Source: a virus
Lineage: Duplodnaviria > Caudoviricetes
IMG/VR virus record: IMGVR_UViG_3300020409_000039
Location: 1 to 37,617 of that record
Strand: one strand, 5' to 3'
Length of the DNA: 37,617 nucleotides
Positions 1 to 9,200 of the stretch are shown piece by piece. Made by a program: the position numbers and the translations under genes. Numbering within the stretch: position 1 is the stretch's first letter; each line of letters begins with the position of its first letter. The notes beneath the pieces were generated by a model. It saw only the letters and a program-made list of their open reading frames with translations, made no database searches and was not told the origin of the DNA.

Positions 1-1
1 C

Positions 2-253
2 CACACTCGCTTTCGCTGTTGCGACATCCTTAAAACCAAGTCCATGAATAGTTCCTTTAGGATCTTCATCAGTATACAAATCAGAATGTTTTTTAGATTT
101 TGCAGGTTGTCCTGCTTTTCTTGGGATACGAGGATTCGATCCCTCTGAGACTAAAAATCCATCTTCACGAACTTTATATCCATCAGGGATAGGTTTACAC
201 TTTTTATCAGTGTTACAATAGTATTGTCCTTTTTTACAGGAAGTCTTTCCCAT
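2..253 (-). CDS. Conserved-looking phage hypothetical protein downstream of gp16 (runs off the window edge)
   Basis: Read manually: ATG at 253, MGKTSCKKGQYYCNTDKKCKPIPDGYKVREDGFLVSEGSNPRIPRKAGQPAKSKKHSDLYTDEDPKGTIHGLGFKDVATAKASV..., open to the edge; starts 8 nt after the gp16 stop. Confidence 0.8.
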   Translation of the reverse strand, partial: MGKTSCKKGQYYCNTDKKCKPIPDGYKVREDGFLVSEGSNPRIPRKAGQPAKSKKHSDLYTDEDPKGTIHGLGFKDVATAKASV

Positions 254-260
254 CTACAGA

Positions 261-692
261 CTATTCAGAGCTATTATTATTTAGTATTCCATCTTTTAAC
301 ATTTTTGAAAGTTCACTTGTTGAACCTACAAATAAAGCATTATTGGTAACGTTGCTCTGTGGTTTTGCTTTATCTTCATCTATTTCTTTTATTTTTTTAT
401 GCAAATCTGCTAATTTATCAGTCGTATCTGCAACAGACTTGATTAATTGACCTGCAACTTCATATGCTCTTGGACTTGCAGTTTCTCCTGCAACTTCCAT
501 AATACCATTTATTGCCTCTTGACCCTTCTCGATTAAAGAATAGAGATTACCACGAGTATAATCATAATCCTTACTAACATCATCAGTGAGTTTCTGTATG
601 TTACTTTTTGCTTTATCATTTTTAGTAATCGCATTTACTTCAACAGAATCTGTATTGAAAGTATCATTTAATGAGTCATAAGAATCTTTCAT
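261..692 (-). CDS. gp16: Terminase small subunit
   Basis: DYDYTRGNLYSLIEKGQEA...SPRAYEVAGQLIK...NNALFVGSTSEL is typical of T4-like gp16; lies directly after gp15. Confidence 0.93.
   Translation of the reverse strand: MKDSYDSLNDTFNTDSVEVNAITKNDKAKSNIQKLTDDVSKDYDYTRGNLYSLIEKGQEAINGIMEVAGETASPRAYEVAGQLIKSVADTTDKLADLHKKIKEIDEDKAKPQSNVTNNALFVGSTSELSKMLKDGILNNNSSE
278..285 (-). promoter_or_regulatory. Possible late promoter variant (ACTAAATA)
   Basis: Minus-strand ACTAAATA 25 nt upstream of the ATG at 253; TAAATA core of T4-type late promoters. Confidence 0.45.
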
Positions 693-1543
693 TAGATATC
701 TACTCCTCTATTAGGTGCAAAATCTTTACCATCACCAAAGAATGAACTTGTTTCAGTAAATCCAAAATCATCACCTGGTTCAATAAATGGTGTATCATTA
801 GTATCTATAACATTATCTTCATTATAATCCTTTGTAGGTTTAGGAACCACAGTATATCTTTGTTCTCTCTTTGCTGTTCTTGTATTTGTATCTGAGTAGT
901 AATCGACCTGAACTTTGCGAATAAGTCCCTCTGGAGTTTTTGCAATATGACCAAACATAAAGGTCTTTGCTGTGAATGAGAGTGTGTATATTAATGCTCT
1001 TCTTGTTGAAAAATCCCCTTCATAATCATCTTGCTGACTAATTGAGTTTAATATCATAGGTATATCTCTTTTTTCACCTATTGATTTGACCAAATCAATT
1101 GACATTGTAAATGCTGGTTGAAAGAAAGGTAATATCTGTTCTAAAATTTGTAGTCCATCATCTTGCAATTTAACTAAGATATTTAATTCAAAACTCAAAT
1201 TGTAAGGTACAGGCATAAAAACCTTTTTCATTTTACCACCGTCACTACTATCTGCTGCCTTAAATGTTTGAGTTATACCTGCCTTACGAGTTGCATCATA
1301 TGAAATATTTGTAATCTCAAAAGACATTCTTGGTAATGTAATTTGAGTTGCTTTATTTAATTCTGCTTGTTGTGTAATTCTTGCTAAAAACTTTTGTCTA
1401 GGACCATATGCTACGGGAACTTTTATATCAGATATATCATTACCTGCTTGGTCTTGATGTCTCACATGAATATCATTAAACAATGTACCAAATGCGATAA
1501 CTGTCTTTCTAATTATTTCGTGATAAAAGTAATTTCCTAACAT
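692..1543 (-). CDS. gp15: Tail sheath stabilizer / tail terminator
   Basis: YFYHEIIRKTVIAFGTLFN, VPVAYGPRQKFLAR, LPRMSFE, PVPYNLSFEL, QILEQILPFFQP motifs; gp13-14-15-16 synteny. Confidence 0.95.
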   Translation of the reverse strand: MLGNYFYHEIIRKTVIAFGTLFNDIHVRHQDQAGNDISDIKVPVAYGPRQKFLARITQQAELNKATQITLPRMSFEITNISYDATRKAGITQTFKAADSSDGGKMKKVFMPVPYNLSFELNILVKLQDDGLQILEQILPFFQPAFTMSIDLVKSIGEKRDIPMILNSISQQDDYEGDFSTRRALIYTLSFTAKTFMFGHIAKTPEGLIRKVQVDYYSDTNTRTAKREQRYTVVPKPTKDYNEDNVIDTNDTPFIEPGDDFGFTETSSFFGDGKDFAPNRGVDI

Positions 1544-2955
1544 TAAAATGTACCAAATGGATTAGATTCCGTGAAATCGACAATAGCATCTGCTTCTGTC
1601 TCAAATATGTCACCTTCATTATATTTATCGGTGGTATCATCCTCATTAAATCTTGAGACACTGTATAATGCTCCTGAAGAAAGTCCTTTTACATCTTCAC
1701 CAGCAAAGAATCCTGTAATTGTTCCTCCAATACTAACGTTTGCAATAGAAAGTACGTTTGTATCAGCATCCCAATTTTTGACTCTTGCTTGAGTTCCTGA
1801 ACGCATCCCCTGAACAACTTCATTGAATTCAAAGTTGCCAGCACCATTGATTGTTTCTGGGTCAGATATTGTAACTGTGGGTTGAAGTGTATATCCTTTT
1901 CCTGCATTCTGTACAAATATTGATTTAATCTCATTAAATCCTCCACTATCAACACCCATAGAAGCAATACCAACCGCCTTATCTGCAGCAGTTCCACCTG
2001 CAGGATTAGATACTGTAACTGTTGGTACTGTTCCAAAACCAACACCATTATCAGTCATAGTAAATCTTAAAACACCTTGTGCCGAAGTTTCAATTGAACA
2101 AGTTGCTGCAGCACCTGTACCACCACCTCCAGTAATTGTGATAATAGGTGGAGTATTATAATTTGCACCAGTATTTGTCATAAGAATTTTTTCTATTGAT
2201 CTAACACCTGCTCTCTCTGTTGTAAAAGCAACTGCAGTTGCATTATCTCCTGCTAAACCACTCGGAGAGGTGCTAATTGAAACTACAGGTGTCCCTGTAA
2301 ATCCTGAGCCATCATTATTTAAGAATATCTCACGAATATATCCTGTTCCAAGAGATACTGTTGCTGTTGCAGTGCGACCAACACCCACTAATTGAAGTGT
2401 AGAAATATATCCTTCTTCTTGAACCTGAGTGTCAATAGCATCAATTGAAGTGTCGATAACTTCGTTCTCATATTCAAATAACTCACACTTAAGTTTGTAA
2501 ACGTAATTTTTGCCTAATTGGTAGAAAGGTTCTTCGTGTTCTACAAATTTAACTTCAAATAATCTTTGACCAAGTGGGAAAAATACTAAGTCTCCTTCTC
2601 TTGGTCTTGATGCCAAATCTATATTATCAGATGCTGACATAAAAGGTGATATAAAATCTTCAAATCTTTCTTTTGAAATAGTTAACTCTACTTCATCTCT
2701 TAGACTCATTCCAAATTTTGTTAATACATCACCTGCACCTGAATATCCATCGTATGAATTTACATATGCTTCTAATACAAAATTATCATCAAATTTTGAC
2801 GATTGAACTTCTTCTATGATTGATTGTGTATTTACAAACTTACGGGGAATATATGTAATATCTAATCCATATATTTTTAGTTGCTCATTTATAAGATCCT
2901 GAACTAATCTTTGTTCAGATTCGGAACCTTGTAAAAAGTAAGAGTTTCTTGCCAT
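1543..2955 (-). CDS. gp14: Neck protein, extended by a repeat insertion
   Basis: EQRLVQDLINEQLKIYG, RPREGDLVFFP, LFEVKFVEHEEPFYQLGK and C-terminal DFTESNPFG. Confidence 0.95.
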   Translation of the reverse strand: MARNSYFLQGSESEQRLVQDLINEQLKIYGLDITYIPRKFVNTQSIIEEVQSSKFDDNFVLEAYVNSYDGYSGAGDVLTKFGMSLRDEVELTISKERFEDFISPFMSASDNIDLASRPREGDLVFFPLGQRLFEVKFVEHEEPFYQLGKNYVYKLKCELFEYENEVIDTSIDAIDTQVQEEGYISTLQLVGVGRTATATVSLGTGYIREIFLNNDGSGFTGTPVVSISTSPSGLAGDNATAVAFTTERAGVRSIEKILMTNTGANYNTPPIITITGGGGTGAAATCSIETSAQGVLRFTMTDNGVGFGTVPTVTVSNPAGGTAADKAVGIASMGVDSGGFNEIKSIFVQNAGKGYTLQPTVTISDPETINGAGNFEFNEVVQGMRSGTQARVKNWDADTNVLSIANVSIGGTITGFFAGEDVKGLSSGALYSVSRFNEDDTTDKYNEGDIFETEADAIVDFTESNPFGTF

Positions 2956-2961
2956 TATACA

Positions 2962-3801
2962 TTACCCAATAAAATCAAGAGGAGGAGTTTCATATTCCTG
3001 CATTCTTTGTTTAATCGAGTCTAAGTCTCTTATTGCATCATCATATATCTCTCTACCATTTAATTCTATACCACCTGGTAATTTAGTTCCCCTAAACTTA
3101 ATTAAATTTTGACCCCACTGTCTTTTTATTAATGCTGTCAAATATAATTTTACGAATGGATCATTATAAACTTGAGTAAAAGTATCTGGATCAAGAGCAC
3201 GGAAACAATCTATAACAATAAAATCTTCTACTTGTTGTGCTCCCCAATCAATATCCAAATATAATCTATCCTGTCTTTGATTAAATCTTATCTGCTTTTC
3301 AGTCGTTAATAAGTGATCAATATCTTCAAGGTAAGTTTTTGTCATTGCATATTGCAACAAATTCACTGAATTGAAGTAATATAGGTCATTTAAGAATAAC
3401 TGATATTTAATACTGAACATTCCACCTGAAATGGAACTTGAATCAAATTTAAATATTTTGTTGACACCGATTACATGGTCTGGGACTGATATAAAATTAG
3501 AAGTTTCATAAAAATTACTTGTAACTGCACCATATCCACTTACATTTTGTGTTCCAGTGCTAGTGACAATTCCTACACCATCTGTTCCTTTTCCTGTGCC
3601 TCTATCAATATCCTCTTGAGTAATTTTATACTTAAGAAACATTCTCTCAATACCATTATAATGACGCTCATTATAGTACTGAATTGTATCGTCAACTAAA
3701 TCGTCAACCTGATCATCATCAACATTTATTTCCAATACTGGTGCACCCAGTTTACGAAAACAATAGTCGATTAATCCTTGTCTAGTTGATGGTTTAGCCA
3801 T
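2962..3801 (-). CDS. gp13: Neck protein
   Basis: LIDYCFRKLGAPVLEINVDDDQ, ALIKRQWGQNLIKF, LPGGIELNG motifs; synteny. Confidence 0.95.
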   Translation of the reverse strand: MAKPSTRQGLIDYCFRKLGAPVLEINVDDDQVDDLVDDTIQYYNERHYNGIERMFLKYKITQEDIDRGTGKGTDGVGIVTSTGTQNVSGYGAVTSNFYETSNFISVPDHVIGVNKIFKFDSSSISGGMFSIKYQLFLNDLYYFNSVNLLQYAMTKTYLEDIDHLLTTEKQIRFNQRQDRLYLDIDWGAQQVEDFIVIDCFRALDPDTFTQVYNDPFVKLYLTALIKRQWGQNLIKFRGTKLPGGIELNGREIYDDAIRDLDSIKQRMQEYETPPLDFIG

Positions 3802-3977
3802 TATTCACCTTTGAGGTTTGCTATTTCTGCAAGAAGTTCTTGCCTTTCCTTCTCAAAATCGTTTTTTAGAGTTTGTAATTTTGCCTCTAATAATACGTTT
3901 TGATTTAATGCTGATGATAATTTTGAATTATATAAGTTGACGAGTACATTAACGTCCACTTCATTGTTTTGTTGCAT
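3801..3977 (-). CDS. Small coiled-coil hypothetical protein (58 aa), not in the ORF track
   Basis: MQQNNEVDVNVLVNLYNSKLSSALNQNVLLEAKLQTLKNDFEKERQELLAEIANLKGE*; fills the gap exactly, TAATG overlap with the gp13 start. Confidence 0.85.
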   Translation of the reverse strand: MQQNNEVDVNVLVNLYNSKLSSALNQNVLLEAKLQTLKNDFEKERQELLAEIANLKGE

Positions 3978-3980
3978 TTT

Positions 3981-5618
3981 TTAAAAAGTTCCCCCGTCTA
4001 GGGTTGAAGTCCAATGTGGTTTATTTGTATATACCACTGTAACAGTATTAGGTACAGATGACAAGTTTGCTATGGCACCATTGTTTCCTTCTTTACGTAA
4101 ATTGTTGGAAGTATTGAATGTTCCTTCAACACCGATTAGATTTACTGAAGCAGAACCAGTAACGCCACTCTCGACAATACCGAATGCACCTGTGGTATCT
4201 TGTTTAATTATATCACCTGCAGCTGCGGTGATAGCAGCGTTAAGAGCAAGTGTATTTTTAGTTATTGCTGTTAATACCTGTTTTGATGTTACAACTGGTG
4301 ATTGAGGATTGTTAGTAGATCTTTGTAGTCCTTCACTATCAAACCAAACAACACCTCCAGAATTAAAGTCTCCAGACTGATAGTAAATACCTTTAATATC
4401 AAGGAAACCTTTTGTACCAGAGACGACACTATTTGATATAGTTGCATCAGGTACGTATGTCCATCTTCTACTGTCATCACCATGTGTGTCATGGTTTCCA
4501 GTACCAGCAGTGCTTGATGCAATTGAATTATCATCAAATCCAAAGAAACCCTCTTTTGAATTTGCGGTTCCAACACCAACATTATATGTGAAACTTAATC
4601 CACGGTCAGTGTTAGTATCGATTGCGTGAGTAACTGTAAGTTGCTGACCTGTAGCAATACCTGCAAGAGTGACACCTTGGAATGTTAATGTCTTAGAACC
4701 TGCATTAACATTCGTGACTGTTGTAATACCACTTAGCGATAGACTTGCATGCTGTAAAGTATCATTAACATTAATTCCTATAACTGAATCAACTACAACT
4801 GTAGATGCACCAGCATTCACAGTTTGCATAACAGTTCTTGAACTTGTAGCATCACCAACTGATAAAATAGGATCATTTACAGTTGCCTGTGTCGAGTTAA
4901 CTGTTGTGGTTGTACCATCAACTTGTAAGTTACCTTTAATGATAACATCACCTTCATTACTCAATCCATCTGGGAATGGATCAATGAATAATTTAGTAGT
5001 GCTACCCAAAGTTTGAATACTGTTACTACTAATTTGAACTTCTCCAAGAGTAGCATTACTTCCAGCAACAACTAATTGACCACCAACAATTACTCTACCT
5101 GTATCAAATTTTACATCTGCTCCAGCAAATTTTAATTGATCATCTCCATTCTCATCATATTCAATCGTAGAATCAGGAGCAGCAGTTCCATTTACACCAC
5201 CACCAAATCCAAGTTTGGTATCATCAGGTATCATTACATCACCTGAACCATTTGGATTAATAATTATATCGCCATCAGTATCACTTGAGGATAGCGTATT
5301 TGAATCTAAAGTTAAATTATCTACATTCCATACATCTATTTTTCTATCACTATCAACAACAGCAACGATACCACCATCACTATTTCTGGAGTTCGATACA
5401 CCTGCTAATTCACCAGGTGTGTGTTCCATCATTGAAGTATAATAATGACCAGCGACTGGATTGACGTTTGTACCATCATCTCCTAAAAATATCCTGTCTT
5501 TATACTGGTTTGTACCACCGTAGCTACCGATACCAGTAACATACGCCATTTCACCCCAATTCAAACTAGCAGGTTTGGCCGTACCTGATGATCGTTTGAT
5601 TCTAATTATACTAGCCAT
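3981..5618 (-). CDS. Virion fibre/collar-like structural protein
   Basis: N-terminal IRIKRSSGTAKPASLNWGEMAY resembles fibre attachment modules; G/T/S/V-rich with GNLQVDGTTTTVNST-type shaft segment; sits upstream of gp13, where T4 has gp12/wac. Confidence 0.7.
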   Translation of the reverse strand: MASIIRIKRSSGTAKPASLNWGEMAYVTGIGSYGGTNQYKDRIFLGDDGTNVNPVAGHYYTSMMEHTPGELAGVSNSRNSDGGIVAVVDSDRKIDVWNVDNLTLDSNTLSSSDTDGDIIINPNGSGDVMIPDDTKLGFGGGVNGTAAPDSTIEYDENGDDQLKFAGADVKFDTGRVIVGGQLVVAGSNATLGEVQISSNSIQTLGSTTKLFIDPFPDGLSNEGDVIIKGNLQVDGTTTTVNSTQATVNDPILSVGDATSSRTVMQTVNAGASTVVVDSVIGINVNDTLQHASLSLSGITTVTNVNAGSKTLTFQGVTLAGIATGQQLTVTHAIDTNTDRGLSFTYNVGVGTANSKEGFFGFDDNSIASSTAGTGNHDTHGDDSRRWTYVPDATISNSVVSGTKGFLDIKGIYYQSGDFNSGGVVWFDSEGLQRSTNNPQSPVVTSKQVLTAITKNTLALNAAITAAAGDIIKQDTTGAFGIVESGVTGSASVNLIGVEGTFNTSNNLRKEGNNGAIANLSSVPNTVTVVYTNKPHWTSTLDGGTF

Positions 5619-5619
5619 T

Positions 5620-5850
5620 TCAGAAATTTCCTCCGTTGATGTCTAAATTCTGTGCTGCACCTGGCGTTAATTCTAAAGTCGCATCAAATTTATTTGTAGC
5701 ACCATTAAAAACAAGTACCATACCATTCTGTAAGGAGCCTGGTATGTTCACATCACTCAATTCTGCTAAAGATAGGGTTTGAGCACCCGCCAGTGATGAG
5801 ATCACTTTTGTGGCACCTTGTTGTCCTACTCTGACTTTTATATCTGCCAT
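5620..5850 (-). CDS. Small structural hypothetical protein (76 aa)
   Basis: LAELSDV...NGMVLVFN motif typical of fibre-associated proteins; ends DINGGNF; late promoter upstream. Confidence 0.8.
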   Translation of the reverse strand: MADIKVRVGQQGATKVISSLAGAQTLSLAELSDVNIPGSLQNGMVLVFNGATNKFDATLELTPGAAQNLDINGGNF

Positions 5851-5880
5851 CTAAAAAAATAAGTATTCAGATCTAAAAAG

Positions 5881-5888
5881 TATTTATA
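5881..5888 (-). promoter_or_regulatory. T4-type late promoter TATAAATA
   Basis: Exact consensus (plus strand tatttata) in the intergenic gap, 31 nt upstream of the ATG at 5850. Confidence 0.85.
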
Positions 5889-5892
5889 TTTA

Positions 5893-6096
5893 CTATGACG
5901 TTATCTTTGAAGCAAGTTCCTTTAACAAAGATTTAAGCTCCTTAATCTCATCTTTCATAGCATCAAATTCTGCTTTCTTAATACTATTTCTCTTTTTATC
6001 TTCAAGATAATTTTTATATGCGTTATTATCACAGTTTATAATAGCACCTGTTCTTTCATCACGAAATAAGTTTTTATGTCCTTCAACTGGTATCAT
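5893..6096 (-). CDS. Conserved T4-like cyanophage hypothetical protein (67 aa, C-terminal coiled coil)
   Basis: IPVEGHKNLFRDERTGAIIN...EIKELKSLLKEL; ATGA overlap with the upstream gene. Confidence 0.85.
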   Translation of the reverse strand: MIPVEGHKNLFRDERTGAIINCDNNAYKNYLEDKKRNSIKKAEFDAMKDEIKELKSLLKELASKITS

Positions 6097-6281
6097 GCTA
6101 ATCCTGTATCAGTTTTTTTCTTTCCAATCAATCCATCTGCTTGATATTTCACATTAAACTCCTTTTGATCAACAGAGCGTAAATCCAAAGGAGCACCCAT
6201 AACTTTTTTCCCCTTTATATCTCTCAAATATTTTGTTTTTCGGGGAACTAACTGTTCCATAAAAATTTGAAAAGTTTTCAT
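6093..6281 (-). CDS. Small basic hypothetical protein, candidate internal head protein
   Basis: Starts MKTFQIFME; translationally coupled on both sides (TAATG and ATGA overlaps). Confidence 0.7.
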   Translation of the reverse strand: MKTFQIFMEQLVPRKTKYLRDIKGKKVMGAPLDLRSVDQKEFNVKYQADGLIGKKKTDTGLA

Positions 6282-9200
6282 TATGCTAATGCGATTGTTC
6301 TAAAGTCTTTTAATTTTATTGGAACAGATTCATTAGTAGATGACATTACAATTTTAATTTTAAATCCATTAAATTCTTCTAAATCATCTACTGAGAATTG
6401 ATACTCAGTAAATTCACCTATATTATCTGCAGGAACAAAAGCATCTGGTCTACCATCATTCATAGAACTATCAATGATTTGATCTCCAAATCCATCACCA
6501 GTGGTATCAGTCATATTTTTGTAACCTGGAAATGGTCTATAAGTTTGAGATATTCCACTTGAATCAAAACTGAATAAACGATAGTAAACTCTAAAGTCTG
6601 CCTCTGGTTGTCTACTTGCTGCAACTAATACCTTAAGAGATGTAGCAGGATTTTTTAATGTTACAAGTTCAGATATGAATACTGAACCGTGTGGATCACC
6701 TCTCAACGCTTTGGTTTTTTCGTCATTTGCATAATTTTCAACACCAACTGGATCATTAATTTTATTTCTACCTAAGATAAAGGTTGCATTTTTAACATCC
6801 AAAACTGGTGATAGATTAGAATCGGACGATGACATATTCACATTTAATGTCAACGATTTATTTTTTGGTAAAGTAGTCAATCTCTCTGTTTCATTTATTA
6901 CAGATGAGACTAATCTAGGAGTTGGTAAGAATGCAGTTCGATTTAACGTTACTGGTTCAAATCCTTGATCTATAAACGATACTTCACTGCCTCCAGAACT
7001 TGTGCCACTGACTGTTCTCAAACTAGAATTTACATTTGTAGATTTACCAGGTGTAATTACATTAAATTGAGGATTGATTGTACTAAACTGATGATTCTGT
7101 GATATTTGAACATTCTTTCCACCAAATGCTTTTTCATCAGTGAAACAAATTAGTTTGTCACCTGTTCTGTTTGCATCTAAACCTAAAACATCAACTTTTA
7201 AGTAGTATTTGTCTATTCCGTCATCAAATGTTGTAATATCAAACGAAGTATTGATACCTGTAAGAGAGATACCTCCAGATTCATATGTTTGAATATCAGT
7301 ACCTGCATCATGAGATGTTGGTGTAGTATTAAACTGACCTCTAACTATGTTTAATTTACCTGATACTCCAGCGGGAATTGAATATGTTACAAGTTCGCTA
7401 CCTATTAATGCTGAACCAGTTGTTGTGGTTATGCCATTGAATGAAGTAAATGGAGTTGAATCAACAATTTCAACCTCTGTCGCATCAGATGCTATTGTCG
7501 ATGTTGTTTGAACTTTTAAGGTGTCTGGTTTCACATTTTTAACCAATACCTTATTATTAGCACCATGATGTGCGTGATTAAATTGAGAAACCTCAAATAC
7601 ATCACCAGTAAATACTTCACCATTCACTGTTGAAGATAAAACTTGAGAATTTGTTATCAAACTCTTCGGTGTTGTATTACCATTTGTATATTTTACAAGT
7701 TTTCTATTAGTAGTAAATTGTGAACCTTGAACATTAGTTAGGAATAATGTATCAAATTGAGTGTTGATAGCTGATACCGTACACTTAAATCCAGCACCAC
7801 TTGTAATATCAGAATCATTAGCGTTATCAATAGTCAATACATCTCCAACTTGATACCCAGTTCCAAGAGTAGAGAGAGTAATTGCATTTATTGCTCCAGC
7901 AACACCATTAATCGTAGCAACTGTTATAGAAGCAACTGCTCCAGTACCACTTCCTGTCAAAGATTTGAGAGGAACATCTGCAATAGGAGCTCCAGTTACA
8001 GGATAACCAGAACCTCGTGAAACAATTGATGTTGAAGTAGATGAACTAATAGATGAACCTTGACCTTCAATAATACCTGTTATAGAATTATCATCATTAG
8101 AATTGACTCCATCTACTATACTGTTGGTTGCATCAGCCATTGTAATCTTATCACCAATACCTAGATTCGCATCAATACAGTCATTTCCTGAAATACCAAT
8201 TTTGAGTTTTCTTGGTAGAGAACGAATAGGATTAGTAGATAGTTTTTGACAATTTAAATTACCTGGATTAATTGGTGTATTATAGAATGTAGTAGTTCCA
8301 GATTCCACAAAAGATGCTTTACGTAACTTGAACGTTAAATCTTCATATTGACTTGGTGTCCATATTGTTCCATTTTGAGATTTAAATAAACTACCACCTA
8401 TGTACTGTTTTGATACTACAACATCTTCTACATCAGGAAGAGTAGTCGGTCTCACTGTTCTTTCACCCATACGAGCCACCCACATTTCATACAAGTCTGA
8501 TGCAGGTGATAAGAATACAATTGCATATTCTTTATCTGGTTCCAAATAAACAGGAGATGGGAAACTAATTGTAGTTGGAACTGACGCATCATCAGATACG
8601 TTAACTTGATTTGGATTTAAAGCTACTTGAGTATAATTTTGAACAAGGAATTCTGTTGGTGTACCAAGTTCCATATGTCTAAGTTCTACAAATACTTTAG
8701 CATTTGGATCCTTAGAAGCAAAGTATACATCAAATGAAGTTAAGAACGCTCCTGTTTCATCAACTCTAAATGATTGAGCTAATGGGTCTCTATGAGGTGC
8801 TTTAACAAATTTTGTATCTATAATAGTTTCTTTTACGTTTATTCTTTCAGTAAATGAATTAGCTCTCTGTGGGGGTGCTGCAGGGTTCCTAATCTGCACA
8901 TTATTATTAGTTTGTGTAATGATAACCCCAGTGCCTGTAAACACTCCTGAAGCGTCACTAGCGAGTGATGTAGAACCTGTTAATTGTATTGCACCCTCGG
9001 CAGCAGCAGTTACTCTAAAAGTTTTTGCACCAGATCTAAATGTTTTTGGTGGTCTAGGAGTTTTATTTGCATCTCTAAAGAAGAATGAACCAATTATATC
9101 TCCCCAGTTGTCGGATACTAAATCTATACTAGTAATTTTTGCAACCGCACCACTGGTTTCACCAATTACCATTGCACCTTTTACTGCATACCCGAAGTAT

